Positions 27,565 through 38,057 are shown, numbered from the stretch's first letter. The stretch: 64,000 nt of DNA from Candidatus Krumholzibacteriia bacterium (GCA_041484665.1 JBGPIA010000012.1:65914-129913), one strand, 5' to 3'. The notes: generated by a model from the sequence alone, not told the origin. Numbers and translations are program-made.

Positions 27565-30387
27565 ATGGCCTTGGAGAAGACTCTCGCCCACTACACGGTT
27601 TTCGAGCAGATCGGTGCCGGTGGCATGGGCGCTGTGTACCGTGCGCGTGACACGCGCCTGGGACGCGACGTCGCCCTCAAGCTCCTGCCTCCCGAGATGT
27701 TCGCTGACGAGCGAGCCCGCGCGCGCCTGCTGCAGGAGGCCCGCCTCGCTTCGGCGCTGAACCACCCCCACATCTGCACGATCTACGAGGTCGGCGAGGC
27801 GGACGGTCAGACCTACATCGCGATGGAACTGGTACGGGGCCGCCCGTTGAGCGAGCAGATCCCTCCGGAGGGGCTGGCCGCCGAGTCGGTGCTGCGCTAC
27901 GGCGCGCAGGTCGCCGATGCGCTGGCGCACGCGCACGACCACGGCATCGTGCACCGCGATCTCAAGGGCGCCAACGTCGTGATCACGGCGGACGGGCGCG
28001 CCAAGGTGCTCGATTTCGGCCTCGCCAAACGCACGGTCGCCGAGTCCGGTGACGAGCCGCTCGGACCCCAGCGCACCGCGCCACCGCCGTGGCCCAGCTC
28101 GCCGGAGCCGCAGCCTACCTCGCCACAGCCGCGGCCCGTGTTCACAGGATCGCCGCCCAATCCCACCGACAGCGGCCTGGTGGTGGGCACGCCGCAGTAC
28201 TGGGCGCCCGAGACTTTGCGCGGCGAGGGGGCAAGCGAGCGCAGCGATATCTGGGCGTTGGGTGTCCTGCTCCACCGGATGGCGACGGGCGGGATGCCGT
28301 TCCAGGGGCGCACCCCGTACGACCTCAGCGCCGCGATCCTGCACGAGCAGCTGCCTGCGTTGCCCGCGCGCGTTCCGGCCGGGTTGCGGGCTGTCATCCA
28401 ACGCTGCCTGGAGAAGGAGCCCGCGCAGCGTTTCCAGCGCGCGAGCGAGGTCAGAGCGACGCTCGAGATCCTGCAGCACGATCTGCGGGTGCCGGCGCAG
28501 GAGGTGCCTTCGGCGGGGAGGCCGGCGGCGGGGAGGCCCGTTGCCGAGCAGCCAGCCGCGGACCGCCGCTCTCGGATGCGAAGGGGGGTGCCACTTTTCG
28601 CCGCGGCCGTGCTGTTGGTAGTGGTGGCCACGGGCGCGGGCTGGCTCGTTTGGCGGCAGTCTGGGCGGCCGCGGGAGCTCAAGCAACGCCAGCTGACCAC
28701 CGACAGCTCGGACCCGTCCAGCCTCGCGTTCATCTCACCCGATGGCAAGTATCTCGCGGCCGTCGGTCACGCCGGCCTTTCCCTGCGCGCGATCGACTCT
28801 GGCGAGAGCCATCCCCTGACGCTGCCCGAAGGGTTCTCGTTCTCGGGCCTGTTTCCCTTCGCAAGCTGGTTTCCGGACGGGAGCCAGCTGCTGGTCAGCG
28901 GCCACATGGCGGACGAGACGCCCTGCATCTGGGCCATCCCCGTGCTCGGCGGGCGAGCACGCAAGATCCGCGGCGATGGCAGCTTCGCCACGCTTTCCCG
29001 CGATGGCTCGCGCATCGCCTACATGCGCCAGGGGAAGAACGGCGCCGAAATCTGGTGTGCGCGCGTAAGCGGCGAGGACCCGCGGCGTGTCATCGCCAGC
29101 GACTCGACCGGAATGATCCCCGCCTGCCCGGTGTGGTCGCCCAGCGGACAGCGCCTGGCCTATGCCAGGGCCGTGACGGGGCCGCAAGGCCTCGAGATGC
29201 AACTCGAGAGCTGCGACCTCGAGGGGCACCGCCGCCACATCTTCTCGGCCCCGCCCGGGCAGCGGATGCACTACTTCACGGTTCCAGCCTGGTTGCCCGA
29301 TGGTCGCCTCGTCTTCGGCCTCTCCGACCCGCCTCCCAGCCAGGGGGATATGAACCTCTGGTCGATGCGGGTGGATCCGCGCTCCGGCGCTCCTTCTGGC
29401 AAGCCGCGCCGCGTCACGCAGTGGCTTAGACTCTCGCTGGTCTGCCCAACCGGGTTCTCGGCAGACGGAAAGCGGCTCACGGTCGGTATCGTTGCGTATC
29501 AGAGCGACTGCTACATCGGCAGGATCGCGGGCGGCGACTCGCTCTTGCAGGACATCAAGCGATTGACCCGCAGCGATCGGATGGACTGGCAGCCAGCCTG
29601 GACGCCGGACAGCAAGGCGATCCTGTTCGCCTCCAACCGCAACGGCAGCTCGGACATCTTCAGGCAGGCGCTGGACGCGAGTGAGGCCGAGCCGCTGGTG
29701 ACGGGACCGGGGGACCAGAGCTGGCCGTGCATCAGCCCCGATGGGAGGTGGATCCTCTACGAGGACTTGGGAAGCGCCAGTGCCGGTAATCCTGCGCCCA
29801 CGGCGCGCCTGATGCGCTTGCCGGTCGCCGGGGGTCCACCGGAAGCCGTACTCGACATGCAGCCCACCGCAGGGTATTGCTGCGCGGCGCACCCGGCTCC
29901 GGGCGCCACGCGGGCTTCGCTCTGCGTGCTGAGCGAGATGCAGGGCGCAGACATGGTCTTCATGGCCTTCGATCCGCTGCTCGGCCGGGGACGGGAGCTG
30001 ACGCGCGTCCGTGCGGAGGTCGGCTCACCCTGGGATCTCTCGCCGGATGGGGCCGCCCTGGCGATCGTGGTGCAGGACTCGGTGGCACACATCCGGGTCG
30101 TCTCGCTGCGCGATGGCGCGACGCACGACGTGAGGCCGAACCCGCAGTTTGGTATCGAGAGCCTGGCATGGGCGGCCGACAGCGGAAGTTGGTTGGCCAC
30201 CGGCATGGTCGGCCGCGCTGGCGCGGAGGAGTGGCGCTTGGTTCGCGTTGCTCCCGGCGGCAAGGCGACCGCGCTTGTGCCTCCGCAGTTCTGGATGTAC
30301 AGCTCGGCGGCATCACCCGACGGCCGTCGCGTCGCCTACACGAACAATACCGGTGAGAGCAGTGTCTGGCTGCTTGAGGATTTCTGA
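27565..30387 (+). CDS. Ser/Thr protein kinase with TM segment and TolB/PD40-like beta-propeller
   Basis: GAGGMG, VALK, HRDLKGAN, DFG, GTPQYWAPE; TM segment; repeated (W/I)SPDG; GGAGG RBS. Confidence 0.94.
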   Translation: MALEKTLAHYTVFEQIGAGGMGAVYRARDTRLGRDVALKLLPPEMFADERARARLLQEARLASALNHPHICTIYEVGEADGQTYIAMELVRGRPLSEQIPPEGLAAESVLRYGAQVADALAHAHDHGIVHRDLKGANVVITADGRAKVLDFGLAKRTVAESGDEPLGPQRTAPPPWPSSPEPQPTSPQPRPVFTGSPPNPTDSGLVVGTPQYWAPETLRGEGASERSDIWALGVLLHRMATGGMPFQGRTPYDLSAAILHEQLPALPARVPAGLRAVIQRCLEKEPAQRFQRASEVRATLEILQHDLRVPAQEVPSAGRPAAGRPVAEQPAADRRSRMRRGVPLFAAAVLLVVVATGAGWLVWRQSGRPRELKQRQLTTDSSDPSSLAFISPDGKYLAAVGHAGLSLRAIDSGESHPLTLPEGFSFSGLFPFASWFPDGSQLLVSGHMADETPCIWAIPVLGGRARKIRGDGSFATLSRDGSRIAYMRQGKNGAEIWCARVSGEDPRRVIASDSTGMIPACPVWSPSGQRLAYARAVTGPQGLEMQLESCDLEGHRRHIFSAPPGQRMHYFTVPAWLPDGRLVFGLSDPPPSQGDMNLWSMRVDPRSGAPSGKPRRVTQWLRLSLVCPTGFSADGKRLTVGIVAYQSDCYIGRIAGGDSLLQDIKRLTRSDRMDWQPAWTPDSKAILFASNRNGSSDIFRQALDASEAEPLVTGPGDQSWPCISPDGRWILYEDLGSASAGNPAPTARLMRLPVAGGPPEAVLDMQPTAGYCCAAHPAPGATRASLCVLSEMQGADMVFMAFDPLLGRGRELTRVRAEVGSPWDLSPDGAALAIVVQDSVAHIRVVSLRDGATHDVRPNPQFGIESLAWAADSGSWLATGMVGRAGAEEWRLVRVAPGGKATALVPPQFWMYSSAASPDGRRVAYTNNTGESSVWLLEDF

Positions 30388-30411
30388 GCCGCCGGGCGTC
30401 GTGTTGCCCCG

Positions 30412-30444
30412 TCGCATGGGAGTTCCGCCGTCGCCGCGAGGCTA
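30412..30444. repeat. 33-bp direct repeat, left copy
   Basis: tcgcatgggagttccgccgtcgccgcgaggcta, also found at 34203-34254. Confidence 0.85.
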
Positions 30445-30493
30445 AGGTTGTGATATGACGACCCACAACGCGCGGTCCTGCTTGGGACGCTGG

Positions 30494-31384
30494 TCAGCCT
30501 GCAGCGTGGGGGATGCGGCCGCTGTAGAGACTCGGCACCAGCCACGGCTTCTTCCGCAGCAGCTCGACGATGGGCGGTGGCGCGAGGCCCTTGGAGGCGT
30601 TTCGAGCCTGGGCCGGCGACTGCGGCCACTGGAAGGGCAGCTCCACATAGCTGTCGGGCCCGGTCGCGCTCGCAAGCAGCTCCAGCATCGCGCGCAGCAC
30701 GGCGCGCTGGCCGTCAGCGTCGTGCGGTCGGCCCAGGGGCCGGCCCATCGGGTAGCTGATGCCCGCCAGCCGGGGCACGCCGACGGCGCGGGTCAGCTCG
30801 GGGATCATGGAGAGCGCCACCGTGGGAATGCCGCTCGCCTCGAGGACGCGTTGAACCAGCCCTACGGACCGGCAGCAGAACGGTCAGCCGGGCACCAGCG
30901 CCGCCGCGTCGACACGCTCGGCGCGCATGCGCTCGGCGATGGCCGGCGCCGTCTTCTCGACTAACTCCTTCGGCTGGAGGATGTAGCCCATCATAGAGTA
31001 GTGGGTGGGCGCGGGGCGGCCGACGACACCGTCGCCCGCGAGCTCGGCCAGCCGGCGCATCGGTAGCACGACGTCGAGATCGGCCTCGCCGAAGCGCGGG
31101 TCGATGTGCATGTGGTACAGCCGGACGTCCCGTTCCGTGGTACCGAGGGGGATCGCGCGGAAGCTCGGGTCGCCCCACCAAGGGTCACGCCGCTCGCCGT
31201 CCTGGTCGAAGGGCTGGTCGTCGTTGCGCGCCACACCGGCGGTCGAGACGAGCGCCACGGTGCACTCGCGCAGCGGCTTCGCGAGCGGCGTAAAGGGGAT
31301 CGCGCCGGGCTCCTGCCGCGCGGCCCAGGCCTTCATGATCTGTCGCGTTGCCAAGTCGAGGAAGCGGTACGAGTCAATGGTCAT
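30494..31384 (-). CDS. GrdB/PrdB-family selenoprotein (in-frame UGA at 30884-30886 read as Sec, UxxC)
   Basis: ORFs 30884-31387 and 30494-30820 are in frame; LVPG-UGA-PFCCRSVGLVQRVLEASGIPTV; N-terminal TVALVSTAGV/GDPSFRAIP/VVLPMRRL family motifs; SECIS-like hairpin. Confidence 0.88.
30855..30873 (-). promoter_or_regulatory. Bacterial SECIS-like hairpin
   Basis: GCCGG-U-CC-GUAG-GG-CUGGU beginning 11 nt after UGA; bulged U and GU in apical loop. Confidence 0.7.
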
Positions 31385-31763
31385 CAATGTCAGCCTTGAG
31401 CCGCCGATGGGCCGGTTGAGGCGTCCGACAGAACCGGACGCACGGTCTTTGCGCGTCCAGATCTAGGGTGGATTTGCAGTTCGAACGCACAACCGTCTTG
31501 GCGACGGATTGGGGGTCTGCCGGTGCTCTGGGGCGCGCTGCCTCCAACCACGCGGCCGCGGGCCTGAAATGACCGGCTCCTGTTGGGACTCAGAGGGGCG
31601 ATGAGCGCGGTGCAGTTGCACCGGATGAAGCAGCGCCTCGTAGAAGCGATGCGCTCGACGGCCGTCCGTGGCGAGTTCCGCATTCCAGACACCCACGCAA
31701 TCACAATCTTGCATTACCCGGCCGAAGGACAAGTCGTGCGCCATGCCAGGCGCAACAATGAAA

Positions 31764-31793
31764 GCGCCGCGCTCCGAGATGCGAGCGCGGCGC
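31764..31793 (-). terminator. Intrinsic terminator after 31814 gene
   Basis: 11-bp perfect stem gcgccgcgctc/gagcgcggcgc followed by TTTCATT on the minus strand. Confidence 0.7.
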
Positions 31794-31813
31794 GTTTCAA
31801 GCGAAGTCGGACG

Positions 31814-32574
31814 CTACCGATAGAGCCCCTTCACCCTCCCCCATGTGTCGGGCACTGTGGGCACGGGCGCACAGCAGTCGGCATCCACCCACTGGCGGAG
31901 ATTGCCCGGCCAGCCGTCCGCGCACATTTCGCGGGGCGGGGAAAACGGGAACGCGATGAACGAGCGGCAGGAGATGCAGTCTTGGGCGGCTTCAAAGCCA
32001 ATGCCAAGCTCGGTCCGGTCGCACGTGCCACTGTCCACGAGCTTCACGCTCAGGAATGCGGGCCCGTTGATGCAACAACGATCCGGGAGGGGAAACGAGG
32101 CTGTGAAGCTCTGGAACGAGATGGAGGTCGCGAAGTAGTTGTACGTTTGCGGCCCGCACAGCACGACGCTGGGATCCGGCTCCAGGCACGCCGGGCCGGG
32201 CGTCGCGCCGATGATGCTCACTTCCACCGTGAAGGTGCAACCACCAGGCACGATGTATCTCCCCAGCACATTTGCGATCGTCAGCTGAAGGGCGCCGCCC
32301 TGACACCCCGCGCAGTCAGTTGGATTCAGTAACGTGTAGTAGTTGACGCCTGGAGTCGTGACCCCTCCCCCCCAAAAATGTTGTTGGTGGTCCGCAACTC
32401 ACCCACCGAGCAGGTAGCGGACACCGCAGCCGGCCCGGCTTGGCGATCGGACGAATGTTGTTCGGGAACGACCTGGCTCGATCCCGCCGAGACCCCAGCC
32501 CGCGAGACACCAACGGGGAGCGTCGCGAACCACCATACGAGGAGGAGGCAAGTGCAAGCGTAGCGCCAAGGCAT
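31814..32574 (-). pseudogene. Cys-rich secreted protein with C-terminal TWGRVKGLYR tail, frameshifted at a G7 tract
   Basis: Signal-peptide ORF (ATG 32574) and ORF 31814-32269 fuse if G7 (plus-strand C7, 32367-32373) becomes G8: IFGGGGVTTPGVNYYTLLNPTDCAGC... Confidence 0.78.
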
Positions 32575-33012
32575 GGTGACCCCCTTTGAAGCGCGGCTCC
32601 GAGGGCTGCCCCATGGCCTCAAGTGAGACCTCCCCCGGGGCCCGGGTGAGGCTGCCCGCGAGGGGGGCGTGTGGCCGAAATCCTATCAGCTCACCGAGGC
32701 CCCAACAGCGCGAAAGTTTTTCCACGGTAACGATCGGTTGCAGGTGGGGATGCCCGCCACGAGTCTCCGCCGTGGGAACCAGTCGACTCAAATCTCGAGG
32801 CGCTTGGCGTGGCAAGCCTCGTCACGACGGGTAATGCACAGACGCGGGTACCGCTCCAGTGGCTCGCAGATGAAGGGCAGATCGGGATCGAGTCGGCTCC
32901 ACACCGCGCCGCGGCTTCCGCGGCGCGCGCGAGAATCATCTTGACTCGGCCCCGCACGCGACGGGACGATTTGCTCGCATCGCTGGCGCCCACCCCCGAG
33001 GAGGATGAAGAA

Positions 33013-33966
33013 ATGCTACGGTCCCGCTCGGTCGCTCGCCACCACGTCCCGCTCGTCGTTGCCGCGGCGCTCATCGTCACGTGTTCGGCGGCCCTCGCCA
33101 AAGATGCCGACACGAACAAGGACGCGAAGGATCCCGAATGTCCCGTCTGCGAGAAGAAGATCGGCACGTTGTCCGTGGTGGAACCTGAGCAGAAGTGGTG
33201 GACGCAGTACAATCTCGAATCCCCTGAGGCGCTGATCAAAGTGTTCGTCGCGCAGAGCAAGTGCTTCACGTTGGTCGATCGCGGTAAAGGACTCGCAGCC
33301 GCGGAGAAAGAGCGCGCCCTCGCCTCGAGCGGCGAAACGCGCGTCGGCTCGAACGTCGGCAAAGGACAAATGAAGGCTACGGACTACGTGCTGGTGCCAG
33401 ACATCGCCAACCAAAACGCGAAGTCGGGCGGCAAGAAAATCGGTGGTGCGATCGGCGGACTGCTCGGACACAAGGCGGGGGCGGTGTTGGGAGGTGTGAG
33501 CCTGAAGAGCAAGACGGCGGACGTCGTGCTGTCGCTGACCGACGTGCGGTCGACGGAGCAGGTGGCGGTCGTGCAAGGCCACGCCAAGAAGACCGACCTG
33601 GGCTGGGGGGCGGGGGGCGGAGCGTTCTGGGGAGCATTCGCCGCGGCAGGAGCGAGCAGCTACGCGAATACCGAGATCGGGCAAGTCGTCGCGATGGCGT
33701 ACCTCGATGCGTACAAGAAGCTCGTCGAGGAAGTCCAAGCGAACACGCCCGACGCGAAGGCCGACAACGTCTCGCAATCGGTCACGATGTCGAAGCCGGG
33801 GCGGATGTACGCAAAGCCCGACACAAAGGCAACCGTGGTGCGCGAGCTTGAGGTGGGCATGATGCTGTACCCGAGCGGCGAGAAAGAAGGGATTTGGTGG
33901 AAGGCCTCCGACGAACTCGGCAATGAGGGCTGGGTACCGTCGACGCTCTTCAACTTGGCTAAGTAG
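33013..33966 (+). CDS. CsgG/HfaB-family protein with C-terminal SH3-like domain
   Basis: SKCFTLVDRGKGLAAAEKERALA, ADVVLSLTDVRSTEQ; C-term WWKASDELGNEGWVPS; GAGGAGG RBS. Confidence 0.82.
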   Translation: MLRSRSVARHHVPLVVAAALIVTCSAALAKDADTNKDAKDPECPVCEKKIGTLSVVEPEQKWWTQYNLESPEALIKVFVAQSKCFTLVDRGKGLAAAEKERALASSGETRVGSNVGKGQMKATDYVLVPDIANQNAKSGGKKIGGAIGGLLGHKAGAVLGGVSLKSKTADVVLSLTDVRSTEQVAVVQGHAKKTDLGWGAGGGAFWGAFAAAGASSYANTEIGQVVAMAYLDAYKKLVEEVQANTPDAKADNVSQSVTMSKPGRMYAKPDTKATVVRELEVGMMLYPSGEKEGIWWKASDELGNEGWVPSTLFNLAK

Positions 33967-34202
33967 GGTCAGCAACCACGGCGCGTGGCGCGGCGTGCAT
34001 CGTTCTGTCCCGACGCGGCAGTTGCTCCGCGTGATGCTTGATGATGCGCGCGCGTCACCCACAACACGCCGCAGGCAAGCGGGCGCGCGTTCACGGCCCC
34101 ACCCGCTCGATGGCAGCCCGGATGACCTGCTCGTCAGCTGCGCCGCTCAACCCGGCGCTGCTCCGGTACACGCGGCAGCGCAAGCCGTACGGGCCGGCCT
34201 CC

Positions 34203-34254
34203 TCGCATGGGAGTTCCGCCGTCGCCGCGAAGTTCCGCCGTCGCCGCGAGGCTA
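34203..34254. repeat. 33-bp direct repeat, right copy, with internal 19-bp tandem duplication
   Basis: agttccgccgtcgccgcga occurs twice; the copy includes the stop codon of 34252-36633. Confidence 0.85.
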
Positions 34255-36633
34255 CCGAGCGAGGGTTACCCTCAAGCTGCGTTGCCCGTAGGGTGTCACT
34301 AGCCGCGCATAATAGACCCCGGACGACACCGCGGCCCCTCGCGCATCGAGGCCCAGCCACTTTGCGCCGTGCTCCCCCGCCTCTTGCTCGGCGTCCACCA
34401 AGGTCGATACGCGGGAGCCGCGGGCGTCGTAGATCGCCAGCGTGACCTGGCCGGGCGCGGGGATGACGTAGCGCAACGTTGTCGCCGGATTGAACGGATT
34501 GGGGAAGTTCTGCTGCAGCGCCAGCGTCCTGGGCTGCACCGCCGTGCCGTTGCCCGGACGTACGCCGGTCGAACTCCCGTGGAGCAGGTACTCGTCGAGC
34601 ACGTTGCGAACGATTCGTTGGAGCGCGGGGTCGATGACCAGGCTCCCGCCGAAACTGATCGAGCCAGCCGCGAACACGCCGCCGCCAGCCGGCGTCTGGT
34701 AGTAGGTCATGTCGGCACCGTAGCCGCCGGCGTTGGTTCCGCGGGCGAGCAGCTCGATATTCGCCGGCGGGCTCCCCCGGTCGTCGGCACCGTTGGCGGA
34801 CACGATCACGCCATCCGGCGCCAGTCCCGCAATGGACGTATCCATCTCCCACCCGCTTGCGCCACCGCCGTTGATCCCGGCGGCGCCGACCAGGCTGCCG
34901 TTCACGACGCCGGTCCCGGCGAAGAAGCGGTGACCGGCCTGCAACACCTCAAACGGCGCGAAGGTCAGATACCCTTCGTACCGAAACGCGATTCCCAGCA
35001 CCGCGCGCTCGGGGCGCGGCGGAACCAGATTGCGGAAGTAGGACTCCGACCGATCGAGGCTCACGCCCTCCGGGAACATGGTGAGCGTGTTCGCGTCCGG
35101 TGAGAAAATGACCTTCTCGAAGATGCCGTTGCCCGACATGTAGACGAGCGATCCACCGCCGGCGAGGTAGGCCTCCAGGTTGTCGAGCATCTCCAGCGAC
35201 CAGTACTCGTTGTGCGTGTCCAGGATCAGCCCCTTGTACTGACTCAAGTCGGGGATGCCCCGGTGCATGTCGGTGTCCGTATACACGTCGACGTGGTAGC
35301 CGCACGAGGTCAGCCAGTCGAGCACCCATAGCTCCGCACGCGCCAGGTGATTGAGCCCGCCGGCGTCGATGGGCGCGGCGGCGGGGTTCGGCCGCAGGAA
35401 GCTCAGGTACTGCCCCGGAGGACTGGTGTACTTGGACCGGCCGTCCCAGTCGTTGTAGGCGTTCCAGGTATTGGTGTTCGCCAGCACCGCGAAGTCGCCC
35501 CGGGCCTGCGGGCTTGGCTTCACGATGAAGACGATCCGGAACGTGCGGGAGCGACCGTCGGTGCATTCGGCCGCGTAGATGCCCGATGGCCAGGCCGGTG
35601 GGATCCGCAGATCGAAGCTCGAGCTCCAGCCGCATCCGTTCGCCCATGCTTGCGCCGGGAGACCCTGCAGACCGGCCGCCTCTGCCTGCGGCGCGGTCAT
35701 GGGAATCGCCGCGTTCTGATCGCCCTGACGCTGGAACCGGCTGAACGTGACTTCATATGCCGACGGGCTGGAGACCATGAACGAGACGTTTTCGCCGGGG
35801 GCAGCGGAGAGCGGCGAGCAGTACCCTTCGAGCGGCGCCGCGACGGCAAAGGCGTGCAGCGAGGACCACCCGGTGTCCACCGCGGCGGGGCCGTCCCACA
35901 GGTTGCCGCCGTCCAGGTAACCCCGGTGCTTGTACCACAGCAGGGTGCCGCCGGGCGTGACGGCGTAGATGACACCGTCCGCGCTGGCAAAAACATGCTG
36001 AAAGCCGTTCCAGCCCGCGCCAACTGCAATGGGGCCTTGCCAGTTGAAGCTGCCATCGTTGCGGCCGAGATGCTTGTACCACAGGAGCGTGCCGTCTGGC
36101 TGGATGCCGTAGATGGCGCCGTCCTCGCCGGCAAAGACAGACAGGAAGCTCTGCCAGCCGACGCCCACCGCCAGGGGACCGTCCCAGGCGCTGCTGCCGT
36201 CGAGGTGGCCGCGATGCTTGTACCAGAGGAGCACGCCGTCGTTCTGGATCGCGTAGATGATTCCGTCCCCACCGGAGAAGACGGCCTTGAAGGTCTGCCA
36301 GCTATTGCCGACGATGTTGGGACCCGCCCAGGTGAAGCTCCCGTCACGGTAGCCGAGATGCTTGTACCACAGCAGGGTGCCGTCGGTCTGGATCGCGTAG
36401 ATCACACCGTCCCCGCCAGGGAAAGCATCCTTGAAGCTCTGCCATCCGGAGCCAGGCTGTTGCACGGCTGACCAGGAGGCGCTGCCATCCACGCCCCCCA
36501 GATGCTCGCGCCAGCGCAGCACTCCGTCGGACTGGACCGCGTAGATGTACTGTGCCCATGTCGACGCAGGGACAGAGGCGATAACGGCGAACAAGAGCAA
36601 GGCGATGATGCGGGAGACGGTCCCACGGTGCAT
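34252..36633 (-). CDS. Secreted tachylectin-like propeller + N,N-dimethylformamidase beta-subunit-like domain + FlgD-Ig/T9SS-type CTD
   Basis: Five IYA..DG.LLWYKH.G..DGS..W repeats; NTNTWNAYNDWDGRSKY, HNEYWS, MSGNG, GWEMD, VFAAGSI; QNFPNPFNP CTD. Confidence 0.88.
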   Translation of the reverse strand: MHRGTVSRIIALLLFAVIASVPASTWAQYIYAVQSDGVLRWREHLGGVDGSASWSAVQQPGSGWQSFKDAFPGGDGVIYAIQTDGTLLWYKHLGYRDGSFTWAGPNIVGNSWQTFKAVFSGGDGIIYAIQNDGVLLWYKHRGHLDGSSAWDGPLAVGVGWQSFLSVFAGEDGAIYGIQPDGTLLWYKHLGRNDGSFNWQGPIAVGAGWNGFQHVFASADGVIYAVTPGGTLLWYKHRGYLDGGNLWDGPAAVDTGWSSLHAFAVAAPLEGYCSPLSAAPGENVSFMVSSPSAYEVTFSRFQRQGDQNAAIPMTAPQAEAAGLQGLPAQAWANGCGWSSSFDLRIPPAWPSGIYAAECTDGRSRTFRIVFIVKPSPQARGDFAVLANTNTWNAYNDWDGRSKYTSPPGQYLSFLRPNPAAAPIDAGGLNHLARAELWVLDWLTSCGYHVDVYTDTDMHRGIPDLSQYKGLILDTHNEYWSLEMLDNLEAYLAGGGSLVYMSGNGIFEKVIFSPDANTLTMFPEGVSLDRSESYFRNLVPPRPERAVLGIAFRYEGYLTFAPFEVLQAGHRFFAGTGVVNGSLVGAAGINGGGASGWEMDTSIAGLAPDGVIVSANGADDRGSPPANIELLARGTNAGGYGADMTYYQTPAGGGVFAAGSISFGGSLVIDPALQRIVRNVLDEYLLHGSSTGVRPGNGTAVQPRTLALQQNFPNPFNPATTLRYVIPAPGQVTLAIYDARGSRVSTLVDAEQEAGEHGAKWLGLDARGAAVSSGVYYARLVTPYGQRSLRVTLAR

Positions 36634-37092
36634 GACGTTCCTCCATATGACGGAGGCGCGGTGGGTGCGTACCGCGCGAAGAAAGGCGCGTACTCGGAGT
36701 CACGGAGAGTCGAGAGGATCGATCTGTGACCGGGGACGGGGCGTGACGGACTTCAGGGGGTGTCGTTCGCGCCGACGATGGTAGCACAACCGGCCGTGGT
36801 TCGCACGAATGATGCGGAGGGGGCTGCGCTCCGATGGGTGAACAGTCCCCGTTCGACGTGGGCGTCCTTAGTTCCGCTTGGCGATCGCTCGTACCCGCCC
36901 GAGGGCCAAGCACTTTGTCGAGTCAGGCGATTGGCTTCCCTGACCTCGACCGTTCCGCCAAGAGCGCCGTGCTAGGCCAGCGGTTGCAGCGTATGGCGGC
37001 GTCCGAGCCTCCCCGCGAGCGGTGCGGTCCCAGCACGCGGAACGGAAGCCCGATTCGCCCGAGGTTCGCGGACTGTCCTACCGTTGTGGCGT

Positions 37093-37116
37093 GGGGCCGC
37101 CCCGTTGGGCGGCCCC
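37093..37116. terminator. Hairpin downstream of 37170 gene
   Basis: ggggccgccc-cgtt-gggcggcccc. Confidence 0.55.
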
Positions 37117-37169
37117 GAGTGTAGGGATTCGTCGCACCTGGTGGAGTCCATCTGCGACTGGCCGGTGCC

Positions 37170-38057
37170 TTATCGGAGCAGGAGTAGCCTCTGGATGTCG
37201 GATGCTCCCGTGGCCAGCAATCGCACATGGTAGACTCCCGCGGCGACGGCGTGGTCGGCGTCATCGCGGCCGTCCCATGCGGCGCTGTGCGGTCCGGCCG
37301 TTAGTACTTCGTTGACGAGCGTTCGCACTTTGCGGCCGCGCGCATCGTAGATCGTCAGGGAGACCCGCTCGTTGGATGCGAGCGTATATGCGATTGCGCT
37401 GCCGGAATGTGACGGATTCGGTGCCGCGCCGAGCAGTGCTGTCCGCGCTGCGGCCGCCGACGCGGCGCCGACCGGTGCCCAACTGGACGCGGTCGAATAG
37501 GCAGCCTGTGGCGCTTCCTGCACTTCGATCGCTAGTTGGAGCCCTCGCTCCAAGCCGTCGAAGCTTGCGCCGCCATCTGCACTCACCAAGCAGGCTGACT
37601 CGGTTTCGGGCGGCATGCGTCGATAGCCGATGCCCGCTCCGCCGCCCGCGCTGACGTCGCGGTTGGGGTTTCCGAGCTGGTATTCGGCTCCCACCCACGT
37701 CCGGCCGCTGCCGATGCCACTGGTAGAGACCGTCGCGTACTGCAGCCAGTTGCTCCCCTCGCCTGCGACGCTCTCCGTCAGCGTCACCGCCTGATCGAGC
37801 GCCGGCATTCCGAGCGCGTTTGAGGGAGCCACCAGCACGTGCAACGGGGGCGTTGCCGGATCGTTGTTGTACACGCGCACGCCAACCACCGTCATTCCCG
37901 CCGGTACGTCGTACGCGAGTAGATAGATCGGGTGGGTTGCGTGTTCATCGAAGCTCAGCACGCCCTCCACGTCCGCGACACCAGCAATCGTGGCCTCTGC
38001 CGTGAGAGCCCACCCCAAGATGAGCCCGATGAGCATGGACATCTGTATGCGTGTCAT
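37170..38057 (-). CDS. Secreted protein with FlgD-Ig/T9SS-type CTD
   Basis: Signal MTRIQMSMLIGLILGWALTAEA; PNP...IYDARGRKVRTL...WDGRDD...GVYHVRL. Confidence 0.82.
   Translation of the reverse strand: MTRIQMSMLIGLILGWALTAEATIAGVADVEGVLSFDEHATHPIYLLAYDVPAGMTVVGVRVYNNDPATPPLHVLVAPSNALGMPALDQAVTLTESVAGEGSNWLQYATVSTSGIGSGRTWVGAEYQLGNPNRDVSAGGGAGIGYRRMPPETESACLVSADGGASFDGLERGLQLAIEVQEAPQAAYSTASSWAPVGAASAAAARTALLGAAPNPSHSGSAIAYTLASNERVSLTIYDARGRKVRTLVNEVLTAGPHSAAWDGRDDADHAVAAGVYHVRLLATGASDIQRLLLLR

Noticed and set aside
31600..31710. ELATDGRRAHRFYEAL, a GNAT-like fragment on the minus strand
   Set aside because: Too short to support a call
35880..36560. Regularly spaced ~141-bp repeats as a CRISPR array or DGR template
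   Set aside because: They are in-frame tachylectin protein repeats with synonymous variation
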